Origin: Rhynchobatus australiae
Lineage: Eukaryota
Length of the DNA stretch: 64,000 bases
Direction of reading: 5' to 3'
NCBI GenBank assembly: GCA_034780895.1
Contig: JAUZTB010000065.1
Coordinates: 15,489,471 to 15,553,470 of the forward strand
Shown: positions 51,660-64,000 of the stretch, one piece after another
Layout of the letters: each line of letters begins with the position of its first letter
Numbering within the stretch: the first letter of the stretch is position 1
Made by a program: the position numbers and the translations under genes
Notes under the pieces: generated by a model
What the model was told of the DNA's origin: nothing
Seen by the model: only the letters and a program-made list of their open reading frames with translations
The model's database searches: none

Positions 51660-54385
51660 TCAATGATAGAGGTGAGCAGGGAATGGAAACCAATAGCAGT
51701 CAGATTAAAAAAAATTCTAGTGGGTGTTGCATATAGGCCCCAGGTAGCAACTGTGAAGTGGCAAAATGTACCAGTCCAGAAATTAGAAATATTTGTCACA
51801 AAGGCAGAATGGTCTTAATAAGGGATTTTAATTTCTATTTTTCTTGTGATGGGTTGATGATCTCATGTCTGAGAGGCAGTGAAAATCTAGAGTGTGTTAA
51901 GGACGCAAAAATATGTTCTTGAATTAAAAGGCAGCAGGCTATATTAGATTTAATAATGAGTAATGAGCAAGGTTTAGTTAAACAGCCTGAAGGTACATGA
52001 ACATTTCTCTAATATTGATTGAAATATGACCGAGTTCAAGGCAGGGAGAAACATTAAACATTAAAGCTGACTTTACTGAATTTTTGTAGAGACAAAAATT
52101 GTTCATGGCAAACTTGGGGCTTGGCAAATCTGCTCAAAAAACAATTGAATGTGATACAAATCATTTTAAAACCCTAAGGGGCAAAATATCTGCTTGCCAA
52201 AACAAATACTCATAGACAAGTTAAATGGTAAGGGACAACAAAATCTTTGAAAAAGCACAAAAAAGGCAAGAACTAGCACAGATTCTAAAGAATGGAAGAG
52301 ATATAGAGAATGCCTTAAAGAAAGCAAATCAGATATAGAATTAAAAAAAGGGATTATAAAGAAACTTCCAAACTTATGAAAATCAATTCAAAAATGTTTA
52401 CAATGAACTAAAAGAGGGTAGTCAGGTGCAATGTGGATTTCTTAAAAATGGTGAATAATCACCCTGTAAAGGAAAATAAGAAATGGTGACCATGTAGAAT
52501 GATTACTTTGTTTTAATATTTACATTTGAGAAAGAGGATAGTATCTCAAGAATGCCATATTTAACCAGGAAGAGACAACAACTAGACATCAACTAAATAG
52601 CAGTGATGAAGAAAATAATGGAACTTTGGAGTGACAATTCACCCGATCCAGATGATTTCCAACCCAAAACTTTAAAAGAAGCTGTTAAAGATGCATTGCC
52701 CATAAAACTTGTGATGTTCTTTAAATCTGGGATCAGTTCCCTTAGATTAAAAAATCTGGACCTATCACTCCAACATTTACATGTAAAAGGGACAGCTGGG
52801 AATTGCAGACTTGTTTAACATTTGTTGTTAGGAAGTTATCTGAGTCTATAATTAAGGAGAGGGTGACTGAACACCTTGAAAACTTTCAGTTGATCGGAGA
52901 GAAGAAGCATGAGCTTGTGAAGGATAGGTCAAGTTTGAGGAATACAGCTGAATCTTTTGAAGATATGACGAAAGCAGTGATGGGCAATATCTATGGATGT
53001 TAATTATGTGGACTTCCGGAAAGTATTTGATAAAGTCATCCTTAAGAGATTGTTAGTTAAATTGGGACTGAGGCCAGTTTACTTACCATGCTGGGATATT
53101 GGTTGAACAACAAGAAAAAGTGTGCAGCAATAAAGGGCAGGAACTTAAATTGACTGGGTACTCATGGTGTCCCACAAAGACCTATGCTTGGGCTACAACT
53201 ATATTTACAAATGATTTGGCTGGTGGGATAGAAAGCTATGCATCGTAAACAAGGAGAGAGAAACATTAATTTACAAAGAAATATTAGGAGAGTGAGCATA
53301 TGGATACATGCAGCATATGGATTTCAATGCAAGTAAGTGTGACGGTGTCTGCTTTGGATGTAAAAAGAAGATTATACTTTATAAATAGTTAAAAGATAAA
53401 AGTAGTGGAGGTCCAATGAGACTTTGGGGTCCATAGAATATAAAATGAGACACGAGAAAAGGGAGCAGGAGTAGGCCACACGGCCTTTGAAACTGATGTG
53501 CCATTCACCAAGATCCTGACTTTGGGCCTCAATTCCATTCCACTTTCCTGTGTGATCCTTATCATCCTTGATTCCTCAAGCGATGAAGGACTTCGATATC
53601 TCAGGCTTAAATAATGATTCATCATCCGCAGATCGCAGATCCAAGGATTCATAATCCACTGACAGAAGAAATTCCTCCTCATCTCTCTCCTAAGTGGCTG
53701 CCTCCTTATCCCGAGACTACACCTAGTAATTCTAGAATCTTCTACCAAGGGAAATTATCCTAACAGTATTCTTTCTGTCAAACTCTCTCAGAATCTTACA
53801 CATTGAAACAAGATTATCTCTAATTCTTCTAAATTCCAGAGCATGTTGCCCTATTCTACTTAATCATTATTCACAGCCCAGCCAGTCTAGTGAATGTTCG
53901 TTGCATCTTCTCAAATGCAATGGAATGGTTCAGAAATAACCAAAATGACAAATGGATTACTAGAGGAAACAAGTTAGGTTATAGCTGCACAAAGCCCTGA
54001 TTAAACCAGGAACATAGTGAACAATTCTGGGCACCACACGCTGGACCATTGGACTTGGAGTGGGGGGCAGTGAGGATATTTTAAATGATATCTGGATGCT
54101 AAAGTTTAAATTATGAGGAAATGTACAAATTAGTTTTGTTTTTCCTCAAATTTAGAAAGTTTATGGATGAGATAATTGAAGTTTACACAATGGTAAGATG
54201 AAATGACAGGGCAGACAGAGCAAAACCAGTGATTTTGGTTGGAGCATTTGCGGCTTGGGATTTGGTCAGGCCTTTCAGGCTGAAATTAGAACACAGTGAT
54301 AGAAGTTTGGAACTCTCTTCCACAAATGGGGATTAATGGTTGATCAATTCTTAATTTTAAATCTAAAATTGATAGATTTTTGATA
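51660..54385 (+). mobile_element. Long, heavily decayed CR1 LINE ORF2 (endonuclease to RT to 3' end)
   Basis: Relic motifs in correct order: VGVAYRP (about 51720), DFN, AILDLIMSNE (about 51940), SPDPDDFQPKTLKE, DFRKVFDKV (about 53010), GVPQ, QFWAPH. Many stops and frameshifts. Confidence 0.85.
53445..53920 (-). mobile_element. CR1-type 3' fragment nested antisense inside the long CR1
   Basis: ggagcaggagtaggcca tail and agaagaaattcctcctcatctc (EMRRNFF in reverse). The host ORF2 resumes afterwards. Confidence 0.75.
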
Positions 54386-55159
54386 ACCAAAGATCATGTT
54401 GAAAAGGTCTTCAGTCATTTATCTCCCATGATTTTGAGTGACTGTGTGCGCGCACGTGTCCCCACATGCTCACTTCCCTACTTTCTGACTTAGTTTCTTT
54501 CTTTGATAGACCAAAACACACTTACATTTCACCCACATAAAAAAAACGCACACAAATGCTTATCCTCACACATGGAATATATGCGGCCATGCTATTTATC
54601 ACCTTCTCTCATACACACATACCACTCTTCTCTCTCCTACACAGACTGTTTTTCTTTCATGGTTTAGTTCAACAAAGTTTTTCACTGTATTTTATGTTAT
54701 TTTTCTGCTCTGTTTCAATGTCCCAGGACCCAACCACCATAAACAGCGCTGCTGGACACCCTTCCTGCAAAAGCTGGGAACCGTCAGCAGCAACAAGCTG
54801 AGAAGCTCAAATCAATTATAGCGGAGCCCAGACTACAAACACAGGTGAAATTAAACCTTCACAAACACTTCAAACAGCTGCAGCACTATGACAATAGTAC
54901 TCTCTGTTTACATTAAATATCTTTTTAAACCAAAAGGAACACGACATCATTATAAACAGCATTTTTCACTTAACATTACTGCATATTTAGTGAATGACTA
55001 ACTGGTGGTGTCATGGTAACTGAAAGAAAAATAATGATTACAGAGGTCGACAAGACCCCAAGAGAAGGAGCATAGTACAGTTAGACTGAATAAGCAAAAG
55101 CTTGGGATTATAAGGAAGGAAGGTGGAGGTGAGAGAGGGGGTGGAGGAGAGAGTGGAAT

Positions 55160-55395
55160 TATGTGTAACACAAGGAGTTACGCTTACTAAACAGTGGTGT
55201 TACATTGGGAATTGTATGTATTAAACTGAAAGCTGTGCATACTGAAGAGTGGGTTATGTAGGGAACGATGCACATTGTACAGTGCATTAACACACAGAAC
55301 TGTGCATATTAAGTGCACTGTTGCACAGGGAACTGTGCCTATTGAAGAGTGTATTGCATAGGGAGTTGTGCACATTTAACAGTGTCTTGTACAGG
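55160..55395. repeat. Degenerate minisatellite of about 33 bp (gggaactgtgcatattgaacagtgtgttgcaca)
   Basis: About six diverged units, continuing at about 55735-55790 after an inserted element. Confidence 0.55.
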
Positions 55396-55733
55396 AATAA
55401 AACAACATAAAATGCTGAAGATACTCAGCAGGTCAGGCAACATCTGTGGAGAAAGAAAGTTAACATTTCAGGTTGATAACCTTACATCAGAATTGAAAAA
55501 CTCAGAAAAGAAGCATATTTTAAGTTGCAGAGCAGGAGGATTAGAGTGAGGAAAGGGAATGTCTGTGGTAACGTACAGATCAAGACTGTCCAGGTGATAC
55601 AATAGCTATTGGTGCCATCTAAGAGAGGGTGATATATGCTTGTTAATCATAACTAATTGTCTGGATTGAGTATCTCTGACTTAATCTATTTTTATTTCAG
55701 ATTTCCCACATCTGCAATATTTTCCTTTTTGTT
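55396..55733. mobile_element. Penelope-derived element with best-preserved hammerhead-like core
   Basis: aaaatgctgaagatactcagcaggtcaggcaacatctgtggag. Minus-strand core at 55466-55490. Closing arm tttttatttcagatttcccacatctgca. Confidence 0.7.
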
Positions 55734-58700
55734 TACTGTTTCACAAGGAATTGCATATTTTGAATAATGTGTTACAAAAGGGACTATGCAAAAGAGTGCA
55801 AGGATTCAGGTCCAAAATCTCCAGCGAGGTGCGGTGGACAGTCAAGCACCTCTGCATCAACTAGTTTGTGTAACATAGAGTGGAACATGGCGGTGAATGC
55901 AACGGCTACTGTGCAGGGATTGTAGGAGCCATGATAAGTTGAAGGACTGGTACACAGGCACTCAGTTAGAGGAGTGAGAAGGCTAAGTGATGAGAGACTG
56001 GAGAGTGATGCAAGTGCAAGAAGGTCAGGTTATTAAAAGCTATGGAGATACACGAATACCCTACATTGTGCATCTTCTTTCAAGTGCTTCGGAGCCTTTT
56101 TAATCAACATCAAGGCTTCACCATTGTACAATATGCACTCCCTGTTGTATGAAATGCAGCAGCCAATTTACACATGGCAAACTCCCACAAACAGTAATGT
56201 GTTAATTACCTGTTGTAATAATGATTGGTTGATGGCACCAGGTGGCAAAACTGATTGCACATTCTGCTTTCAAAAGAATTGAATTTGAACCCATAACTAT
56301 TTGGCTCAGATTGTATCCATGTGAGCCACTGATAATATAAATCTTGAAGTGGAGAGGTAGTTTTAGTGCTTTGATTTATCAGAGGGACATCGCTTGTAGG
56401 TCTGTCTCTACTTTTTCATGGTGCTCACCAAGGGATTGGGATCAGGATTCTTCACAGGCTTTTCCATTCCATGTATAAGTAGATCAAGTACTTCCCTGAC
56501 CAAGCTGATCTGCCTCACCACAGGTCTTGCTTTATATCTGATGCCTTATCTTGTATAATGTCACTGACATAGGATGATATCAGCAGCTTAAATAAAGATC
56601 CACATAAGACCCTTGTTCATTTGGTTCCCAGTCCAGTCAAGCATCATTGTTATTAAATGGAAATAGCAGTGACCACTCTGAGGATGGAACAAATGTCCTG
56701 ACAACTCTGGCCATTTCTGTCTTCATCTCCACCAGGATCCAAAGGGACTGTTTCCAATTTAATTCATACAGCATGCTTAAAATTAGATTTAGACAAATTT
56801 TATTTTCTCTATCATCTAATTTTCTTATTTGCAATCCCAAGGGATCAGGAGTAAAATTAATAGAAGTCTCTCCACAGCAGCTGAATCAAAAATTCACCTT
56901 CTTGGAATGTGCAAATAAAAAAAGACGCTTTCAAGTTGTGATGTTCAAGGAACCTGAGCACAGGGCTACACAAATCCCATGGACACAAGGAGGAGTACAA
57001 ACAGAGACTTTCCTGAGAACCTTGGATAGAGGTCTCCGTAAATATCAACAAGATAATTCAGCGAGGAGAAGGTATTCCTTTATCCTTGTCCTAATGATAT
57101 TGATAGGTTGCAGTTGCACAAATATTAGTTACCACTGATAATCTCAGTTGAAGGCAACTCCTCATCTACAAATTTAAACAGTGATTAATAACTGGCCAAT
57201 CAAGATCAAGGGTTCACAATTGTACCTGGCCTAACAGAAGGAGAAGCCCTGTTGGCTTCTTACCTCTTGCTCAGGTTCTGAGGTTTACCATTCATTACCA
57301 GATCTGAAGCTAGCAGCTTTCCTCAGTCTGCCTGAGAAAAACATAGAAATAGCTTTGTTCGTTTCCTGATAACTACTCGTTCATCCCACATACAGTTCAG
57401 GTGGATGTATAGGATTCCACAGTACAATTCAAAGAAGAGCATTTATTACTCAGTCTACACTGCCAGTAAATGGATTCACTTGCCAGTTGTCTCATGTGGG
57501 ATCCTGCTATGCATAAACAGCTGTCAGATTTGTTTAATCAACCACTGCATTTCAAAGGTGAACCTATGTGTGATGTGTTTTGGACAAATTTCACTGCAGC
57601 CAACTTTATTCCACAAAGAGTGCAGAATGAAAGGAAAGAACATGAACTCAAAATGCAGTATAACATTCAGAAAGCAGTTAAATGATTCTAAAATGATAAA
57701 AACCACCAGACTAGAAGGAAAGAAATAAAATGAAGTGATAAATGAGGATAAAATAAACTGAAGGGGGAAGTCTGAGTGAAGGAAAAAAGGCAGTTTGAAG
57801 ATCAGAGGCAAGAGAGAGAAACAAAAAGAATAGCACTAATCATGTAAGAGAAGGAAAGGGGTAGCAATAGAGGCAGACAAAGGAGGAGAGAGTACAGACA
57901 GAGAGAGACTGGAATAGTGTCAGCTAGTGATGAAGACAGAGAAAAATCATAAGGGAGCAACAGAAGACAGAAAGTGAGCGATAATGGTTGTGAGTAAGGA
58001 GGGAAAAAACAGGAATTAAGCGAGAATCAACATGTGTGGGGAAAATGAAAGAAAAGGGATGAGTGGACATGTATGATTTTTAAGGGAGCTTGAAAGTTTT
58101 AAGATATTATTGCACTCCATAAACTCTATGCACTTTCTCTGGACTTTTTGTATTGATCCCTTCTTTNNNNNNNNNNNNNNNNNNNNNNNNNNNNNNNNNN
58201 NNNNNNNNNNNNNNNNNNNNNNNNNNNNNNNNNNNNNNNNNNNNNNNNNNNNNNNNNNNNNNNNNNNNNNNNNNNNNNNNNNNNNNNNNNNNNNNNNNNN
58301 NNNNNNNNNNNNNNNNNNNNNNNNNNNNNNNNNNNNNNNNNNNNNNNNNNNNNNNNNNNNNNNNNNNNNNNNNNNNNNNNNNNNNTAATCAGAATTAACT
58401 AACTTCCCTCCATATCCAGCAATACATTTCCATCCAAATTAGAGCTGATTGAATCGGAATTAGAAAGTATTATGGAAATGGGGCTTGAGACTCAAATTTG
58501 ACAGAAACCAACTTCATTTACAGATACAAAAAGCAATTTAACACAATTTTCTGATTACCATAAGTTTCCTAATCACCTTCACAGATCAGAAGAGTTCATG
58601 TGGGAATACAAAGGCTTGTTCTTGTCGAGGGGACTCTGGGTCACCTTACATTCATCTCTAAAAACAAGGGCAAAGGAAGAACCAATGCCAGCATCTGCCT

Positions 58701-59514
58701 AAAACAGGCAGATTTTTAACCCTTTAGGCTTTTAACTGTTCAGGTTTGGTTCCTTCTGATCTCATCTCTTAGTCAAAATTTTGTTACTTAAATGGGACAA
58801 GTGACTTCCAGCTAAAATCATCTTTAACATGGAAACCAAATGCGGCAGTTGTTGTGGTGTTTAGCTACGGGACAACAGTTACTATATTGCATGATGTCAA
58901 ATGAACAATCAGGGTTTGCAATGCCCATCAAGGGGTTTCCTTTATCATATCCCTACCAATTACATTCTGCAAACAGCTGTCACACAAAGAAAATTCCATC
59001 CAGTTTACTTTTGAATTTGCCAATTACCATCCAGCCTCAAACATTCCCCTGCAGTCATCCATTGTCTGAAGTGCTGGCAAATGTTTCACCTTACTAGAGT
59101 GCTACGGAATAGGAACACAGTCAACATTGGGGCATATGAAAGAAGTGCAGAGTTGGTCTTAATGTGTGTTCAATGGGCTGCTTCTCAATGGGACATCATT
59201 AACAGCTGTCCTACCAATGGGCCAGTGCCTCATGAGAATGGAGAGAGAGCACATGGGCAGAGGTTGCACACCTAGCTTGACTGCTGTGAGTGAGTGAGTG
59301 AGTGATCAGACCAATTTAGCTGCGATTGCTCCAATTATTATTAAGAAGACACCACAATTTGTTTGGCAGAGGTTTGGATGCTACCTAAACATGCTCAATG
59401 TTTGTGGAAGCAGAGCTGGATGAAGCTCTAGCTCTAAAGTTAAATGAAATACAGAAGTAAAACTGTTCTTTTAATAACTAATATCCAAAGTCCACAATTA
59501 CCACATTTTATAAA

Positions 59515-59745
59515 AGATATTTATTTATTAGTCACATGTACATTGAAACACATAGTGAAATGCATCGTTTTGCATTACTGAGAATGTGCTGGAGGCAGCC
59601 TGAAAGTTCTGGCGCTAACATAGCATGCCCACAACTCCTAACCTGTACACCTTTTGGAATGTGGGAGGAAACCGGAGCATCCGGAGGAAACCCACGCAGA
59701 CACGGCAAGAACATACAAACACCTTACAGACAGTGGCCAGACATC
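59515..59745 (-). mobile_element. V-SINE (young subfamily)
   Basis: ggaatgtgggaggaaaccggagcatccggaggaaacccacgcagacacggcaagaacatacaaac. Confidence 0.85.
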
Positions 59746-60439
59746 AAAAAGAGACCCTGCTGTTCTAGAATTTTACAAAAGGCAAAGCCAATCAGCCTAA
59801 CTGATTTGTGCTGCTGCATAAGTTCCACATTATACTTCAACTCACTGCACTGGGATATCCTTCTATTCCTTTCTTCTTCATTGAACTCACTTAGCTTAGG
59901 TTTAAATGTATCTGCACTATTTGCCTCAACTACTCTCGTGGACATTCTCATTTTTGACCACCACCAGCCAAACATGGGATCACCAATGCTTACTAGTTCT
60001 GTTCCAAGACAACGTTGGCCTAACTTGGAAATGCATCACATTCCTTTGTTATCACTAAGTTCATATACTGAAATTACCCACCCATCAGAACAATGGGAGA
60101 ATCTTCAACAGTAGGACAACCAAAATTCAAGATGGCAGCTTACTACCACCTTCCCAAGGCAAGTAGAACTGAACAATCAATACTGGCTTTCCCAGTAATG
60201 CCAAATAAGTGAATTAAAGAACACAGAATGAAAAAAGNNNNNNNGATGTATTAACCATTCTTACATTTTGAAATTCCCCTTTAAAAGAAACAACAAGTTT
60301 ATTTCTAATGCAGAGCCCCTTCATGATATTGTGTCAATCCTTAAATGTCACCTTTCAGTCTTCTGTTTTCCAGTGAAAAGAGCCTCTGACTGTTCAACCT
60401 CAGTGCTGGTATCATCAGTTTTGCACTTTTTCCTTTGTT

Positions 60440-61070
60440 TATTTATCCTTTTCTATATTATGAAGATTAGAAAAGTACTGTGTGTATGTTTTATTTAAAT
60501 TTAATACAACTTCCTTGTGTTTGAAGTCTATTGCTCTAGAAAGGATCCCAAGTGTTTGTTTTTGCCTTTTTATGGACCTATTAACCTGCATTGCTAACTT
60601 AATAGTTTGTCAGTCTGTAGCTCCAGATCTCTTGCTCCCAACTCCATTTAGACTCATTTCTCCCCAGGGGTACATGGCCTCATTATTCCTCCTACCAAAA
60701 TGTGACACTTTGCACTTCTCCAAATTGAAACTCATTTGCCAATTACACAGCCAATCTGCAAGTTTATTAACACCATCCTGTACTCATGTAATGTCCTTCT
60801 CAGTATTATCTATTTGCATCAATTCACTTCAAGATTCTGCCACAGTATTTCCAATTCCCATATCCTTATCATTAAATGGTGAACAACAACTGTTCCAGCA
60901 TTGACCCCTGTGGAACATCACTTCTTCTCTTTCAACAGTCTGGCTAAATACCTTTGACCTCTCAGTCCCTTTCTTTTTGCTTTTTAGTTAGTTTTATATC
61001 TAGATTGCTACATCCCCTCACTCTATCACATGATCTGACCTTTTACATTATTTTGTCTGAGTGTAAAATA
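60440..61070 (-). mobile_element. Decayed CR1 RT fragment
   Basis: tgacccctgtggaacatcact (SDVPQGS in reverse) and cacttctccaaattgaaactcatttgcca (WQMSFNLEKC). Confidence 0.7.
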
Positions 61071-61080
61071 TTGAATCACT

Positions 61081-61240
61081 GGGGGTAACTTTCAACTTCA
61101 CAGCTTAGGCAGTTATGTGGCTACAGCATCTTTGGAAAACAAGCAATCTTAACCTAACAAAAAAGTTGACTGGAATTGTAGAATAAGTAGATGATCAACT
61201 CCTATAGACAACCAGAGGTGGTGAAAGTGAAAGTTCCCTA
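61081..61240. mobile_element. Decayed MITE with imperfect terminal inverted repeats
   Basis: Left end ggggtaactttcaacttcac, right end gtgaaagtgaaagttccc. Confidence 0.5.
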
Positions 61241-61595
61241 ATAGAATCAGTGATACTGTCATAATTATTTTGTATTTGTTATTGTCACAAACTGTATCTC
61301 TACTTCTATTTTGCTTTTTCTTTCCTTCTATGCCTTTTGCTCTCTTTTCTCTCCAGATGCCCCACTTACTCTCTCCCGTCAGCATCTCTCCACCTCATTA
61401 TGTGGCATTCTGTGTCTCTCTGTTGGTGCATTCACCATTCCTTTCTTTCTCAGTGATTCCCTTACATTACACAATGTTCCGCTGTCTCTGAAATCNNNNN
61501 NNNNNNNNNNNNNNNNNNNNNNNNNNNNNNNNNNNNNNNNNNNNNNNNNNNNNNNNNNNNNNNNNNNNNNNNNNNNNNNNNNNNNNNNNNNNNNN

Positions 61596-61680
61596 CAGAT
61601 GCTGTTCGACCCGCTGAGTTCCTCCAGCAGATTGTTTGTTGCTCCAGATTCCAGCATCTACAGCCTCTTGTGTCTCCTGG
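61596..61680 (-). mobile_element. Penelope-derived element arm beside an N gap (young copy)
   Basis: cagatgctgttcgacccgctgagttcctccagcagattgtttgttgctccagattccagcatctacagcctcttgtgtctc, with CpGs retained. Confidence 0.7.
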
Positions 61681-61819
61681 CCTCCTTTTCTTTGCACCTT
61701 GATTTAGATTGAGAGATTAAAACATCCCCCAGGTCAACATTTTAAATAGAGTAACAAACAGATGCTTGCCTCACACACATGCCCCCTGCTAAAGGGCTAT
61801 AGTTACTGAATAAGACGTT

Positions 61820-62590
61820 GCCCTTTTAAGTCTGAGATGAGGAGAAATTTCTTCTCTGAGGGTCATGAATCTTTGGAATTCTCTACTGCAGAGCCTTGTG
61901 GTGGTGGAGTCATTGAATCTACTCAAGGCCATGATGGACAGATTCTTGGGCCATGAGGGGATCAGACAGAAAAGTATTGGGCAAAGTCTAGATTTTCCAC
62001 GAGTTTATGGAATGGTGAAGCAGCCTCAAGGGGTGTCATTTTCTTATTTGTTATGCTCTGTGCCTGCCCAACATGCTTTGAGAGTTCCAGAAGTTTGCAC
62101 TGGAGGGAACTGAACGTGGGTATGTTGAGTGTCAAGCTGTAGTGGGTAGAAGGATGGTCTGGAAACATTTCCAGTTTGCTTCTAAATCCAACCAATTACT
62201 TAAAATGATTTGGAACACTGAATTTGCACTGGTTTTGGCCAGGGTCTCCTGTGATTAGTGGCTCCTCTGCACAGTTACCGGAATGAAACTGGGGCTCAAG
62301 GAGTTAAGTTACGAGAACAGGTTGCTTAGACAAGTACTGTATTCCCTTGAATATAGAAGATTAAAGGGTGATGTAATTGAGGTGCTTAAAATGATTAAAG
62401 GATCTGATAGGGCAGAGAGGGAGAAACTATTTCCTCCAGTGGGAGAGTTGACAACCAAGGCGTAACCTTAACGTTAGACCTCGGTCGCTCGGGGGATTGG
62501 CAGAAAACAATTCTTCACACAAGCAGCACGAGTCTGGAGCTCTTCCCCCAAAATACTGTTGAGGCTGAATCAATGGAGATCAGGACTGAT
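61820..62590 (+). mobile_element. Two CR1-type LINE 3' fragments (about 61820-62060 and 62275-62590)
   Basis: MNLWNSL... and GLKELSYENRL..LYSLEYRRLKGDVIEVLKMIKG. Confidence 0.8.
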
Positions 62591-63644
62591 AGTGCACACT
62601 GAGCACTTGGTGACTGCTGCCTAAATTCCTGCGGCTCTGATGCAAGATCAGACACCACAAACAATTGCTTCCACTCAGCCCACATGGTTAATTTACAAAA
62701 GGATGAAGTCAGCAATATAATTGACTTCTTGCAGATGCAAGTGAAGCATTTGCTGAAAGAGTCTCCTGATAATTCAGCTGCTGTGCAAGACTAGAAGATC
62801 GGCGAGCAAGCTTCTACAAGTTGACATGTGTATATAAGTGCAGCCTCCCACACACTCAGTTGTAGGGCATTTCACAGGGTAGAACTGACACATATTCTAT
62901 TGTAGCAGCAGTAGTCAGCCACAAGGCACCTAAACCTGACCATCTTTCATAAGACCATTGCTGATCCTCCACCTCATATTTGATCCACATATTCCTTGAT
63001 TCTCTTTGAATCCAAAACTATCAATCCAACTGAGAATCTTATTCTTCTCAGACCAAGTGAGTATAGCATTCTACTTCATTCTCTTCCTGTGCAACCTTCT
63101 CATTTCAGGAATCAATCAGGTGAACCTATGCTGCAATGTTGTTAGACACAAAGACTAAAACTGAATGTATAGGGATTTAGTAAGTGCCCTGTACAAATGC
63201 AGCATGACTTGTTGTACTCCAAGCCCCTTACATAGAAGGGAAAATGGACCATGCTGATTTAGCTGACCTTGTCTAAATTGACCTTGAAAATGCTATGTGG
63301 AATTCTGAGGTTAGGGCAGGGACAACTCAGCCAGGCTGTGTCCTGATCTCTAGCTAATAACGAGATGTACATATAGAGTGGGAACAGTATCAGGCTTGTA
63401 ACTCGAATACACCAAGAGGAATGGTCACAGATGCTCACAGGAGCTGAGAAATATCAGTCCAAAGCAGTTTCCAACACCCGTGGCACCTTGTGCAGTGAGG
63501 ATTTTACTACAGTGATTACAGCTTCTAAATTGTCATTAGAAACGGGACATTAATCACGTTTAAACACATTCATGCCAGGATCCCCATTAAAGAGAAAGCA
63601 AATCGAACTGTGGAGTGAATTTATGGACTGCCTGCTTAATGTGT

Positions 63645-64000
63645 GTCAGCCGTGGATCAATGCCTAGCACTTTTGCCTCCAAATCAGAAGGTTGTGTGTT
63701 TAAGTTCATTCTACAAAACCCAGCTTCACATTCCCAGCAATGAAGGAATACTATATTGGCCACAGTGACATCTTTTGAATGAGATGATAAAACGAGACTC
63801 TATTTGCCCACTCAGTTGGATATAACTAATCTCTAGTAGAGTTCTCCCTAATATCCTGCTCCAATATATATCTCATAAAACAGACTATCAGATCATTATC
63901 ATATTGGTGTGTTCAGGAGGTTGGTGCGTAGAAGTTAACTGCTTATTTCCTATAATACAGTGGTAATCATACCTCAAAAGCAATTTACAGGTTATAAAGT
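63645..64000 (+). mobile_element. Deu-domain SINE, decayed, truncated by the window end
   Basis: tcagccgtggatcaatg..tagcacttttgcctcc..atcagaaggttgtg head, gagatgataaaacgag..ctcagttgga Deu core. Confidence 0.65.

Noticed and set aside
55160-55395. Regularly spaced repeats, superficially CRISPR-like
   Set aside because: Degenerate tandem units without unique spacers, in a vertebrate genome with no cas genes.
56647-57138. 163-aa ORF
   Set aside because: Non-ATG start, random-like composition and no known motifs.
59536-60114. 192-aa ORF
   Set aside because: Reads through an antisense V-SINE and other repeat relics.

Overview
Vertebrate genomic DNA. The repeat content (CR1/HER1-type LINEs, HE1-type V-SINEs, Deu-domain SINEs) points to a shark or ray. 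The window contains many N gaps. The only host coding sequence I can support is the first coding exon of a FOXP-family gene on the minus strand (29417-29234, [12 protein letters not shown]...LLHLQQQQ), which best matches FOXP4. The rest appears to be its two long flanking introns. I found no CpG-island promoter and no next exon (ALQVARQ...) inside the window. These introns hold decayed LINEs, SINEs and MITEs, plus repeat-free blocks that look like conserved enhancers. The most interesting signal is a family of short palindromic insertions whose arms carry decayed minimal hammerhead-ribozyme cores of the Penelope type, with stem-II covariation between copies. There is also a near-perfect 85-nt hairpin and a textbook antisense micro-exon beside a promoter-like block. 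Repeat family names come from recalled consensus sequences, no searches were run, and repeat boundaries are approximate.
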